Part shown: in pieces, positions 48,461-57,852 of the stretch | Layout: each line of letters opens with the position of its first letter | How positions within the stretch are numbered: position 1 is the first letter of the stretch | Origin: Candidatus Poribacteria bacterium | GTDB lineage: Bacteria; Poribacteria; WGA-4E; WGA-3G | Direction of reading: 5' to 3' | DNA length: 64,000 nucleotides | NCBI GenBank assembly: GCA_012271015.1 | Contig: JAAXHD010000123.1 | Coordinates: 32,138-96,137, forward strand | The notes under the pieces: generated by a model | The model's database searches: none | Seen by the model: the letters and a program-made list of their open reading frames with translations, nothing else | What the model was told of the DNA's origin: nothing | Made by a program: the position numbers and the translations under genes

Positions 48461-49843
48461 CTACAAGAAGACCTTGCCGGGGTTCATCAAGTTTAGTGGA
48501 TCCAAAGCATGCTTGATAGCACGCATTAACTCAATTCCTGCCCCGTGTTCCTTTTCTAATGCCTTTCGTTTGCCAAGACCGACACCGTGTTCACCGGTGC
48601 AGGTACCTCCCATCTCTAAGGCGATGTCTACAATCTGATGGCTGAGGTGTTGTGCCTCTGCCAATTCATCCGCATTATCGGCTTCAAGCGGGAAGACGAC
48701 GTGAAAATTCCCGTCTCCAACGTGCCCGAGGAGGGACGGAACAAGGTCTGATTTCGTGAGGAGTGCTTTCGTTTTGGCGATACACTCGGCGAGTTCAGAT
48801 ATCGGGACACAGACATCGGTGACGTAGCCGACGGAACCGGGACGGCGGTTCAAGGCGGCATAGTAACTATCATATCGGGCTTGCCAAAGGCGTTTGCGTT
48901 CGTTTGCGTCTGTTGCCCACCGAAAATCACCCCTGCCGTGTTGTGCTGCGATGGTCCCAGCAATCTCAGAACTTTCTGCGACAGTGTGTTTGGAACCGTG
49001 GAATTCAAAGAAGAGGGTCGGTGCGACTTCATACGCCAATCCCGCATATTTGTTGACGGCATCCATCTGGAGTTCATCTAAAAGCTCAATACGAGCGATG
49101 CTAACCCCTGTACCTATCAGTTCAATAACGGTGTCTACTGCTGCAGTTACGGTCGGGAAAGCGCAGACGGCGGATGCGACCGCTTCCGGTAACCGTGTCA
49201 ATTTGAGCGTGATTTCAGTAATGATCCCTAATGTGCCCTCTGAACCGATGAAAAGACGTGTGAGATCGTAGCCTGCGGCAGACTTTCGAGCCCTACTCCC
49301 CGTCCGGACGATAGCACCATCAGCAGTAACCACAGTCAAGCCGAGGACGTTATCGAACATCGTGCCGTATCGGACGGCACTTGTACCGGATGCCCGCGTC
49401 GCTGCCATCCCACCCAGTGAGGCATCTGCTCCCGGATCAACAGAGAAATGGAGCCGTGTACCTATCTCCGCGAGATGCGTGTTCAATTGCAACCGCGTTA
49501 CCCCTGCTTGGACGGTGGCATCTCTGTCGTCTTGACTGACGCGGAGGATCCGGTTCATCTCGTTCAGTGCAATGCAGAGTACGCCTTCGGTTGTGACGAC
49601 AGCACCTTCAACCCCCGTACCCGTGCCGTAGGGGACTATCGGCATCTTATATTTTCTGCAGATTTTGACAATTTCAGCGACTTCAGCGTTGGTTTTCGGG
49701 AAAGCGACGGCATCCGGGAGTGCGCCACGGTGATAGGAGGCATCGCGTGCGTGTGCGTCCCGGACGGCACTATCCGTGCTGAAGCGTTTTCCGAGCAGTG
49801 TATGGAGTTCTTTATGGGCGTGTTTTAAGTCTTGCTGGTTCAT
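48461..49843 (-). CDS. FAD-linked oxidase (GlcD / D-lactate dehydrogenase-like, PCMH-type FAD binding)
   Basis: FAD-binding PCMH domain pattern (..IVPYGTGTGVEG..) and a C-terminal FAD-oxidase domain. Confidence 0.65.
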   Translation of the reverse strand: MNQQDLKHAHKELHTLLGKRFSTDSAVRDAHARDASYHRGALPDAVAFPKTNAEVAEIVKICRKYKMPIVPYGTGTGVEGAVVTTEGVLCIALNEMNRILRVSQDDRDATVQAGVTRLQLNTHLAEIGTRLHFSVDPGADASLGGMAATRASGTSAVRYGTMFDNVLGLTVVTADGAIVRTGSRARKSAAGYDLTRLFIGSEGTLGIITEITLKLTRLPEAVASAVCAFPTVTAAVDTVIELIGTGVSIARIELLDELQMDAVNKYAGLAYEVAPTLFFEFHGSKHTVAESSEIAGTIAAQHGRGDFRWATDANERKRLWQARYDSYYAALNRRPGSVGYVTDVCVPISELAECIAKTKALLTKSDLVPSLLGHVGDGNFHVVFPLEADNADELAEAQHLSHQIVDIALEMGGTCTGEHGVGLGKRKALEKEHGAGIELMRAIKHALDPLNLMNPGKVFL

Positions 49844-49891
49844 GCTATGGGTATTTTAGCATAATTCAGGGGTAATGGCAAAGGAAAAGTG

Positions 49892-50329
49892 TTAGGCCTC
49901 TTTGTTCTCCGTGTGTTTTCGTAATTGGCGGGTGTCTTCTCTGAGTTGGTCGGTCAAGGTTTTCTGGGTGTCTTCAAGAGCGTTGACTTCTTGGGGTGTG
50001 ATATTGAGGGGTTCCTCTTGTTGGTTGACGGCGTTGCATGCGGCGATGGTTTTGAGGATCTGGGCGGCTTGGGTGATGTATTTGAGGTCGCGCTTTTCGA
50101 TGACGAGTTCCTTTGTGAGACGGTATAGAAATTCCAATTCGAGGATGAGGTTTTCAGGGAGGCTGAGACTGGCACTGCGGTAACTCGCGAGGTATTGTTC
50201 ACGGGCTTCGTTGAAGAGGGTTCGATATTTCCGTGGGAACTGGGGGTGTGTGATGTTGAGTCTGCAGAAGTTATTTGCGCACTTTCCTTTGAGCATCTCA
50301 TTGTAGCGATTGATCCGTGCGATGATCAT
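49892..50329 (-). CDS. Hypothetical protein with a possible HEPN-like C-terminal Rx4H motif
   Basis: 145 aa with RQLRKH near the C-terminus. No other recognisable motif. Confidence 0.25.
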   Translation of the reverse strand: MIIARINRYNEMLKGKCANNFCRLNITHPQFPRKYRTLFNEAREQYLASYRSASLSLPENLILELEFLYRLTKELVIEKRDLKYITQAAQILKTIAACNAVNQQEEPLNITPQEVNALEDTQKTLTDQLREDTRQLRKHTENKEA

Positions 50330-50337
50330 TTCCCAGT

Positions 50338-50634
50338 TTACAAATACCTGTCTTCTTTGTTGGATGCCTTTTTTGTTGTTATGATTTTATACAAATCGCA
50401 TTGATAGATGTTAGGTTGGTGGCCGTTTAGGTAATGCTTTTCAGTAAAGTGTTCCTTTTTCCGTAAGATTTCTTCTACAAGTTCTTTTTCGAGTTTATCT
50501 GCGCTGTCTTCGAGGAACGCTTCGGCGATATGGGGTGCAAAAACAATCATGAAGTTTTCAAGGATCTCACTGGATTTCATAAAACAGGCGTATCCCTTAA
50601 CGACGAATTCTTTGTGTTCTTCTTGGAGTTTCAT
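50338..50634 (-). CDS. Hypothetical small protein (98 aa), adjacent partner of the 49892 gene
   Basis: ORF only. 8-nt spacing to the downstream gene suggests a two-gene module. Confidence 0.25.
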   Translation of the reverse strand: MKLQEEHKEFVVKGYACFMKSSEILENFMIVFAPHIAEAFLEDSADKLEKELVEEILRKKEHFTEKHYLNGHQPNIYQCDLYKIITTKKASNKEDRYL

Positions 50635-50830
50635 GGCAATTGCTCCTTAAAATGTTACGTTTTTATAACATTTTTAAATTGGTATTTCTGTATGGATTTT
50701 CGGTTGACAGCCCAGTGGGGACGTGGGGTTCTTGGGTGTTTCTCGGTTGCGATTTCGTGTTACAAATTAGGAAACCCAGTTGGAAAAACGAGCCAGGGTG
50801 ACTTGGAACAGATGGAATCGGAAATCGCTC

Positions 50831-53800
50831 CTATAATGGAGTGGAGTCGATATCCGAATCTTGGAAGATTGGTTTGAGATAGGCGGGATCGTCAGTGCGG
50901 AAAAGGATGTGCCATTTTTCTGCGAAAGTGTTTCTATCCTCGTCCGGATACCTTCCTATGAGATCGGACAGACTGGTTCTCGAAATTACAAAGGCATCCA
51001 TTTGGACATGTTCATAACGGAGTCGTTCATAAGAGATGTCCCGGAGTCGCTGGAAAAGGGTAAGTTTATCATTATCCTCGTTGATGTCCTCGTGGACCAT
51101 GCCGTGCGGTTCAATAAAGACGATGCGCTGTTTAACGCCGTCAAGGATCCAGAGGATAAAATCAGGGTAGAATCCTTCGTTCTCATAGAAGCCAACTCCT
51201 TTGCCACGACTCTGGTTACGTAAGAGGAAAACCTCTTTCTGACAAGGACGTTTCTGGTGGTGTTGACGGAGGTATTGATTTAAATCTTCCACGAAATCTC
51301 TTTCACTGTCTTCCAAGGCAGGGGGAGTGGTCCGCCATAAGTTGTTTCCAATGCCCATGCTTAGGAGGGATCGATAAAGATGTTCTTCGTTGGTTAGGAG
51401 GGGTTGATAGAGATGACGTTCGTTATAGACATTCGGTAGAACGGTTAGGCTGGGTCCATATATCTCTTCACTTTCCATGAGATTTTCAATCCGTGGTTGA
51501 ATTTCCTGCGCTTCGGTTCTTGGCACATGAACAATCCAGTCGGGAAAGTTGTTCTCATCTTCGGTTTCCTCACCTAAGCGGCGTATCCGAATCCTATCAT
51601 CGTTCCATCGTTTTTGAATAATACGGTAGTATTTAGCAATATATTTTCGGAGAAGCGTAAGGACTAATTCTTCTAAACGTTCAAGTTCTACTGTTGATGT
51701 CGGGACGACTTCGGATTCATCCATGACGGTAAGTTTATAGACGGGTTTGTTCGGGTTGAGGATCTCCTGAAGAGTAGTGGTATCAAAGATGAGGTTGTGG
51801 TATCCCTTTTCGTGTTTATATGCTAGGAGTTGCAGGTAAATTTTTTCCCAGTCTACAAGCGCTAAGCTTGGTTCTGGAATGTAGGTGGGAAGCGTTCCTT
51901 CGGCGTGTTCAGTATGGATACCGCGCTGTGAACTGCTTCCAACGATGCCAATACTTTGAGTGGTGTGAGTAATAATTGTGCCTGTGAGTACTTTAAGAGG
52001 TTCGCACTGCCCTTTCGCCCCTTCATGGTAGGGAGTAACTTTCGGGATGCAAAGCCGTTTCTCGTGGTAAACATCGTTTCGTCTGATTTCAATTGTCAGT
52101 TGGATAGGTTCATCAAGTTGTATGCCTTCGCGCAGGAGGTAATCTCGGAATTGTGCCATGAAGTTGGCACGGACAGCAAAAATGTTCAACGTTTCCAAAA
52201 GAGGGAGGTTGCGCGGATGCTCGCCATCCAGGGCAGCACTGCGTCTGAGACTCATGTTCTTGCCACGTAAGCGGACACCCCTACCGAACAATTGAATAAT
52301 CTGGGAGCCTTCCTGCCTGCCGATGTTGAGCAAACCCATGGCGGTGACGCGCCAACTGTCCCATCCTTCGATGAATTTTTTTGCACCAATGAGAATATGA
52401 ATTGAACTATCGGATTTGTTGATGTCATTGAAAAGGCTTTCCGTGAGTACATCTTCAGAATCTGTTTCAATGCCTGCATCATCGTTTTCAACGAGTTTTT
52501 TGAAGGCAGCGGTATCTCCAATGTAGATAAGACCAAAGTTTTCCCTGCCGTGAGTGGTTTTCAATGCGATCTCACCCTGAGCGTTTCGAACATCTTGTAG
52601 GTGTAACGCGCCGCTTGTGTTGGTGTGGAACACCTCGTCAAGAATGCCAGTATAGATTTGGGCTGATGTCTCGTCGAAAGTTTTGAGATAATTGAGCCGA
52701 GTGTGGAAGATATCCGTGTCGTTGTCATCAGATAAGCCTGAATTGCCATTAATAATTTTCTCAATAGCGTTAGTCGCCCAATTTTCTTCGTTTTTTACGA
52801 ACCAATGCAGGAAACGGATGACATTGAGGACATCAGAGCGGGCGCGGCGGTTTTCGGTATAGACAGCGTTGACTTTACTCCCCACAAATGCCCATAGCGG
52901 AGAGTCCAATCCATAGGCACGAACAGCCTTGGTGTTTTGTTTGAAATAGCGGCGTTGCTCGTAGAAGGTGAGTAGATTGGCTAAAAGCAGCATCTCAGTT
53001 TGGGACTCTTCATCTTGGCGAACGTTGAGGATGCGGAAGTTTTTTCCGTAACCATCTTCGTAGAAATACCGGTAGGAGTAATCAAAGACGATAGCTTTTC
53101 CGTATTCCTCGACGAGATCTGCATTTTTCGCGGCGGTGAGTGCCTGCCCGAAGGTGGCACTGTATTCAAAAGTAAAGCCGGTTTCGCCGAGTCTATCGCG
53201 GATTTTGCGCCAGACTTCGCCGCCACTCCCCTTATGTCCTTCATCAACAAGAATGAGATTGTTCCCCTCAAAAGCCTCAACCGGTACACTTTCGCCTACA
53301 CCTGTCTTTTCTTCCACCACCTTTGTGATTTCAATGACTTGCACAGCATCGTGATCACGAGCGTTCCGATTGCCATCAACGTTGAAACGTTGGCATCGGA
53401 TATCGGAGTTTGTGAGTTCACGGATATGTTGTTCACTTAAGCCCTCGTTGGATGTGATAAGAACAACATGGTCCAATTCCTCTTTGCTGTAGTGGAGATA
53501 CTGATGGTAGTTGATGTGCATGATGAGGGTTTTACCGGCACCCGTTGCCATCCAGAAGGCGAGTTTCTCAATATCTTCATTTGTGAATAGGGTGTCCATA
53601 GCATCGCCGGGGGCTCTCGCATCGTTCTGCGTTTGGACAAAATCGTTGAGTTGGCGTAAAAATTCACCGCGTCTATTGAGTTTCCAATCTAAAAAGATTT
53701 CGGTATAGAGAAGTGCTAAGTATTGAAAATAGCGGAGGACAATTGGCTGTGTGCGTCTGCTGTTTATGGCGGACAAGTGCTGTTTGATATTCGTATCATA

Positions 53801-54013
53801 GGTTGGGAGTTCGGCTTCGATCTCTGGTTTCAAATTTGGGCGGGACATCAGAAATTTGCAGATTGCGGAGTGTCCATCTGGGGTGAATCCCTCTTCTTCG
53901 TTTTTGACATCGTTGAGGAGAGCCCGCGTGGTTTTATACCCGAAGAGGTCATTGAGCCACGCATGAAGTATGAGGTGATTGTCAAGTTGGCGTTGTGAAT
54001 TGTTTCTGGGCAT
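50831..54013 (-). CDS. Type III Res-like helicase-nuclease, enlarged (1060 aa)
   Basis: Walker A MATGAGKT. DExH box LILVDEGH. Motif VI QLFGRGVRL. C-terminal FYPDFILW...FIEPHG paralleling the FQPDFVLF...FIEPKG of the first Res (His in the Lys position). Confidence 0.6.
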   Translation of the reverse strand: MPRNNSQRQLDNHLILHAWLNDLFGYKTTRALLNDVKNEEEGFTPDGHSAICKFLMSRPNLKPEIEAELPTYDTNIKQHLSAINSRRTQPIVLRYFQYLALLYTEIFLDWKLNRRGEFLRQLNDFVQTQNDARAPGDAMDTLFTNEDIEKLAFWMATGAGKTLIMHINYHQYLHYSKEELDHVVLITSNEGLSEQHIRELTNSDIRCQRFNVDGNRNARDHDAVQVIEITKVVEEKTGVGESVPVEAFEGNNLILVDEGHKGSGGEVWRKIRDRLGETGFTFEYSATFGQALTAAKNADLVEEYGKAIVFDYSYRYFYEDGYGKNFRILNVRQDEESQTEMLLLANLLTFYEQRRYFKQNTKAVRAYGLDSPLWAFVGSKVNAVYTENRRARSDVLNVIRFLHWFVKNEENWATNAIEKIINGNSGLSDDNDTDIFHTRLNYLKTFDETSAQIYTGILDEVFHTNTSGALHLQDVRNAQGEIALKTTHGRENFGLIYIGDTAAFKKLVENDDAGIETDSEDVLTESLFNDINKSDSSIHILIGAKKFIEGWDSWRVTAMGLLNIGRQEGSQIIQLFGRGVRLRGKNMSLRRSAALDGEHPRNLPLLETLNIFAVRANFMAQFRDYLLREGIQLDEPIQLTIEIRRNDVYHEKRLCIPKVTPYHEGAKGQCEPLKVLTGTIITHTTQSIGIVGSSSQRGIHTEHAEGTLPTYIPEPSLALVDWEKIYLQLLAYKHEKGYHNLIFDTTTLQEILNPNKPVYKLTVMDESEVVPTSTVELERLEELVLTLLRKYIAKYYRIIQKRWNDDRIRIRRLGEETEDENNFPDWIVHVPRTEAQEIQPRIENLMESEEIYGPSLTVLPNVYNERHLYQPLLTNEEHLYRSLLSMGIGNNLWRTTPPALEDSERDFVEDLNQYLRQHHQKRPCQKEVFLLRNQSRGKGVGFYENEGFYPDFILWILDGVKQRIVFIEPHGMVHEDINEDNDKLTLFQRLRDISYERLRYEHVQMDAFVISRTSLSDLIGRYPDEDRNTFAEKWHILFRTDDPAYLKPIFQDSDIDSTPL

Positions 54014-54033
54014 GGCAGTTTTCTGCTGCAGAT

Positions 54034-57000
54034 TTATTGTGAAAACATTAATCGTTTGAAGAGCGGATCTAAAGATTCTGCTTCTGGAACAATACTATCT
54101 GTGTTAACATAGACCTTGTCCGCTCCATCTGTGAGTTTGTGCCCTTCAACAAAGAAGAAATCTCGTTCCCAATCTTCTGGGCCCCAGCCTTCAGTATCAC
54201 GCCAGATAATGATGGTAGTTTTTTGTCCGACTATACCGCGGTAGATGAGATAACGTCTATCATCATCATCATACAAGCATTGGCGGGTTTTGACTGTAAT
54301 TCCAAGAAGATAGTTAAAAGTTTCGGGCAAGTCCACAGTCTGTGTCTGCGTCTGTAGACTTTCAGCGATGTTAAGTCGATAGTTAAACGGGTTTTGGAGT
54401 TTAGCAACGTTCAAAAATGTTGGACTTTCACGAGTTTCGCTACCGAGTAGGTAACTGAGTAGCGGCTCCTCAAAGAGCGAGTTTTCGCGTTCGGTGAATT
54501 CAACGTTATTGAGCGCATCTTCATAGGATTCAATACGTTGGTATTTGATGGTGTGGGAGAGACGGGAGTCGGGGTTAGAAACCCCTCCTACAAAGACAGG
54601 TTTCGCATCTTTCCACTTTTCGGCATAGACGGCTTTTTTGATACGTGGTTTGAGGACGGTGTCGAAATGATCTCCCATTTCAATGAGGATGTATTTACGA
54701 TTGCCATTATCTTTACGGTTGAGGTTGATAGTTGCGTGGGCAGTGGTCCCAGAACCCCCGAAATAATCAAGAACGATGTCCCTGTCGGTACAATTCATGT
54801 TAATTAGATATTTTAATAGTGAAGTAGGTTTAGGATAGTCGAATTTATCAGTGCCGAGGGTTTCTTCTAGTTCTGTGTTTGCGTCTTCATTGGTTCCTAC
54901 TTGACATTCTTTTTGTGTAATTAGATTTGAGGGGACTTTAACTCGTTTTTGCTGATTTCTTTCGTAACGGATAGAAAATTTATCACTCTTTATGTGAAAG
55001 AGCGTTCCAGCTTCAATTTCGTTTTGAACAGTTTCCTGCACCCATTTAAATCTGCCTTCCATAATCAGGTTATTTAGAAATTGGCCGTTCCTCACCTCTA
55101 TTTCTTCAACGAGTTTAATTTTGCCATACTTTTGGGCTTTATAAATACCATCTTTAAGGTTAACCCTACGAAATGCGTCTTTTGGAAACTCAAGCTGGCG
55201 AATAGTATTTGCTTCATTGAGTAACGGCATATCTCCGCCTTCTGTCTGTCCACCGAAGAGATTCAGCTTTTTCGATTTCCTATAGCAGATGAGCGGTTCC
55301 ATTTTTCTTCTAACTGTTTTTGATAGACTTGGAGGAGTAGCGGTCCGCATCCAAAAGAATTGTGCAGTAAAGTTCGACTCTCCAAAAATCTTATTCATTA
55401 ACATCCGTAAGTGATGCACTTCATTATCATCAATTGATATGAAGATCGCCCCTTCTTGGGATAGCAATTCGTGTGAAATTGCAATTCGATCTGCTATGAA
55501 GGAAAACCAACTTGAATGTTGATAAGAGTTTTTGTAAATAAAATCAGTCCCACCCGTATTGTAAGGTGGGTCAATGCAGATGGTTTTTAGGGATTCACGA
55601 TATTTCTTTGTCAGCAGATTTAGTCCTTGGAAGTTTTCTCCGTGGATTAACAAGCCATCTGTTTCGTTATCCAGATCGTCAAAATGTGACAGGAGGCGAT
55701 CTATGAAATCAGAACCAAAATGACAGGTGTCTAAGACGAGGTTTGGGTTTTCTTTGAGAAAGTCAATGGAGGGCGGTTCGGTATAGGTAGAATTAACGAG
55801 ATCAGCATCTATTTCGTGAATAGCAAAGAGACGTTTCCACTCTTCAAGCTGCGCAGTGTTTTGGACAATTTCAGAATAGAATTCTTCTGGAACTTGGTCA
55901 AGTGTGAGGCAGTAGTCGGTGGAGAGGACGAACTTCTTTTTAAGCCAGAGTGTCTTTTGGAATTCTTCAATGTGGGAGAGAAAATCAATGATTTGGGTGG
56001 CGATGTGGTGAACGAGTTTCGCGGTTTCAAGCCAATTATTAATATTTGTTAAACAAGGATTTACCCCCCCCCCCACTTTACTGATGTTAAGTATAAACTC
56101 AGAAAGTAGAAGAACTTCGTTTTTGATATAGACATCAAGTTCGCGGGCGAGGAACTGATTCAGGCCCTTATGAATGAAGAAGTCTGCAGTGTTGCGGCGT
56201 GTGTAGGTGCGGAGGTGTTTTTTGAGAGTAGTTTCACCTTCCGTTTGGTGTTCTAAAGCAGATAGGGCATTGTAATGACCTGTTAGGCATTTCATGATTT
56301 CAGGTTCAACAGCTTCAAGGATTTTATCCTGCTGTTTTTGTCCGCTGTAGCGTTTCTTTTCTGCATCGGTGAGGGGTCGGTATTCAAAAGGGATGCGGAT
56401 TTCATCAGTTTCCGATTTATAGGTTGTCTCGGCAGATAGAGGCACGAAAAAACGTTTCGTGCCTTTGACGTTATCCTTTTCAATATCTACATCACGAAGG
56501 TCAAAGGTAACGGTAATACCTTGGGATTTGAATCTGTAGGTAGAGAAATGCTCGCCGCTTTTGACATAATATTGGTCTCGGTTTGCCCAGTGGAGGTAGA
56601 CTTCCTCGCCGTTGTATGGAACAGCGTAGCGTTCAGTCTGCGAGTAGCGTCGGCGCGGGATGAAGTCGCCATTATCGTAGTAGCGGGAAAAGAAGGTATA
56701 GAGATGGTTAAAGACGGCATCTTCTCGCTGGTTTCGGGTTTGCGGGGAGCCGATTTGTTCTTTTGCCTCCAGGTATTTCTGAACAAGAGGTGTTGCTTTG
56801 TATGTTTCATTGATTAGGTTTCCGTCGGCATTTAGAACTCCATCGCCAAAGTTTTGGCGAATCTGTTGTGCAAGGTTCTCCATTTCTTGGTGCTCAGATT
56901 CAATATCAGTGTTAGCGTCAAGTGCCGTGTTAACGATAGTAGGAAGTTCTTCGTCGAGGAAGGCTTGGATTTGATCGCGTCGATAGTTGATGATACGGTA

Positions 57001-57081
57001 GATACCGAAGTCGAGGTCGGCGGCATCTGCGCGGAAGAGTTGTTGGAGGAGAGTTTGTAATTTTTGTTGGGATGTTTGCAT
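54034..57081 (-). CDS. Type III Mod-like beta-class DNA methyltransferase, enlarged (1015 aa, about 500-aa N-terminal extension)
   Basis: Motif IV ICIDPPYNTGGTD about 250 aa upstream of motif I DYFGGSGTTAHA. The block DPPYNTG..HSSW..F...R......L...G.I.I.ID..E...L is more than 50% identical to the first Mod. Confidence 0.65.
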   Translation of the reverse strand: MQTSQQKLQTLLQQLFRADAADLDFGIYRIINYRRDQIQAFLDEELPTIVNTALDANTDIESEHQEMENLAQQIRQNFGDGVLNADGNLINETYKATPLVQKYLEAKEQIGSPQTRNQREDAVFNHLYTFFSRYYDNGDFIPRRRYSQTERYAVPYNGEEVYLHWANRDQYYVKSGEHFSTYRFKSQGITVTFDLRDVDIEKDNVKGTKRFFVPLSAETTYKSETDEIRIPFEYRPLTDAEKKRYSGQKQQDKILEAVEPEIMKCLTGHYNALSALEHQTEGETTLKKHLRTYTRRNTADFFIHKGLNQFLARELDVYIKNEVLLLSEFILNISKVGGGVNPCLTNINNWLETAKLVHHIATQIIDFLSHIEEFQKTLWLKKKFVLSTDYCLTLDQVPEEFYSEIVQNTAQLEEWKRLFAIHEIDADLVNSTYTEPPSIDFLKENPNLVLDTCHFGSDFIDRLLSHFDDLDNETDGLLIHGENFQGLNLLTKKYRESLKTICIDPPYNTGGTDFIYKNSYQHSSWFSFIADRIAISHELLSQEGAIFISIDDNEVHHLRMLMNKIFGESNFTAQFFWMRTATPPSLSKTVRRKMEPLICYRKSKKLNLFGGQTEGGDMPLLNEANTIRQLEFPKDAFRRVNLKDGIYKAQKYGKIKLVEEIEVRNGQFLNNLIMEGRFKWVQETVQNEIEAGTLFHIKSDKFSIRYERNQQKRVKVPSNLITQKECQVGTNEDANTELEETLGTDKFDYPKPTSLLKYLINMNCTDRDIVLDYFGGSGTTAHATINLNRKDNGNRKYILIEMGDHFDTVLKPRIKKAVYAEKWKDAKPVFVGGVSNPDSRLSHTIKYQRIESYEDALNNVEFTERENSLFEEPLLSYLLGSETRESPTFLNVAKLQNPFNYRLNIAESLQTQTQTVDLPETFNYLLGITVKTRQCLYDDDDRRYLIYRGIVGQKTTIIIWRDTEGWGPEDWERDFFFVEGHKLTDGADKVYVNTDSIVPEAESLDPLFKRLMFSQ

Positions 57082-57105
57082 ATTTTTTTAATAAAGCGGA
57101 GGCAC

Positions 57106-57702
57106 TCAATTTTGATTGCGTGCGTTTATTTCCATCAGTTTTTCGCGAGCCAATATTTCAAAGACCGGCATCACTCTTTCGACGAGTTCGTCGTATCGTC
57201 CAGACAAGCGATCATGTGCTGTCTGTAGAGCTTTTAGTTCGCTTGTAACCGCATCTAACGCGGCGCGGAGGGTTGCATTTCCTTCCTGAAGCGTGTTATG
57301 CTGATCCAGCAGGATACTCTGGGATTCCTGAAGCGCGTTATGCTGATCCAGCAAGGAATTATATCTCCGATCAGCCGTGCTTTGGAAAGTTATAAGTTCC
57401 TGCTGTAGGGTGCTGTGCTGTCCTTGGAGGCTTTCATGTTCTTGCTGTAGGGTGCTGTGCTGTCCTTGGAGGCTTTCATGTTCTCGCTGCAGCGTGATGT
57501 GTTCCTGTCGTAGGCTTTCATGTTCTCGCTGCAGCGTGATGTGTTCCTGCTGCAGGGCGTTGCATCGCTTATCTAATTCCTCAGAGAGTGCTGTGTATCG
57601 ATCGACCTGGTTTTTCAACCACCATAAGCCGATAATACTGATACTCAGCACACCCATGTCTATTAAGCTGATAGTTGCCCAACTGAATTCTAAGAGTCCC
57701 AT
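57106..57702 (-). CDS. Membrane-anchored coiled-coil protein with tandem 17/18-residue repeats
   Basis: N-terminal TM segment, then HITLQREHESLRQE x2 and HSTLQQEHESLQGQ x2, encoded by nucleotide tandem repeats at about 57400-57560. Confidence 0.45.
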   Translation of the reverse strand: MGLLEFSWATISLIDMGVLSISIIGLWWLKNQVDRYTALSEELDKRCNALQQEHITLQREHESLRQEHITLQREHESLQGQHSTLQQEHESLQGQHSTLQQELITFQSTADRRYNSLLDQHNALQESQSILLDQHNTLQEGNATLRAALDAVTSELKALQTAHDRLSGRYDELVERVMPVFEILAREKLMEINARNQN

Positions 57703-57852
57703 TTTTCCCTTTGTGACTTATGTTTGTAACTGTTTCGAGAAGGCAGGTTTTTGCGTTGAGAAAAGTATAGCACTTTTATTTATGTATGTCAAACGTTTTT
57801 CTGAATGGGCAGGGTCATTTTGCAGTGTTTTGACAATAGCAGAAAACGGAGA

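Noticed and set aside
50831-57081. BREX (PglX) or DISARM (DrmMI/DrmA) assignment for the large MTase/helicase pair
   Set aside because: The MTase has DPPY (beta-class, order IV-TRD-I), not the gamma-class NPPY of PglX. The helicase carries the Res-type C-terminal PDF..IEPxG motif and is more than 50% identical in core blocks to the canonical Type III pair in the same window. No brxC/pglZ/drmB/drmC neighbours.
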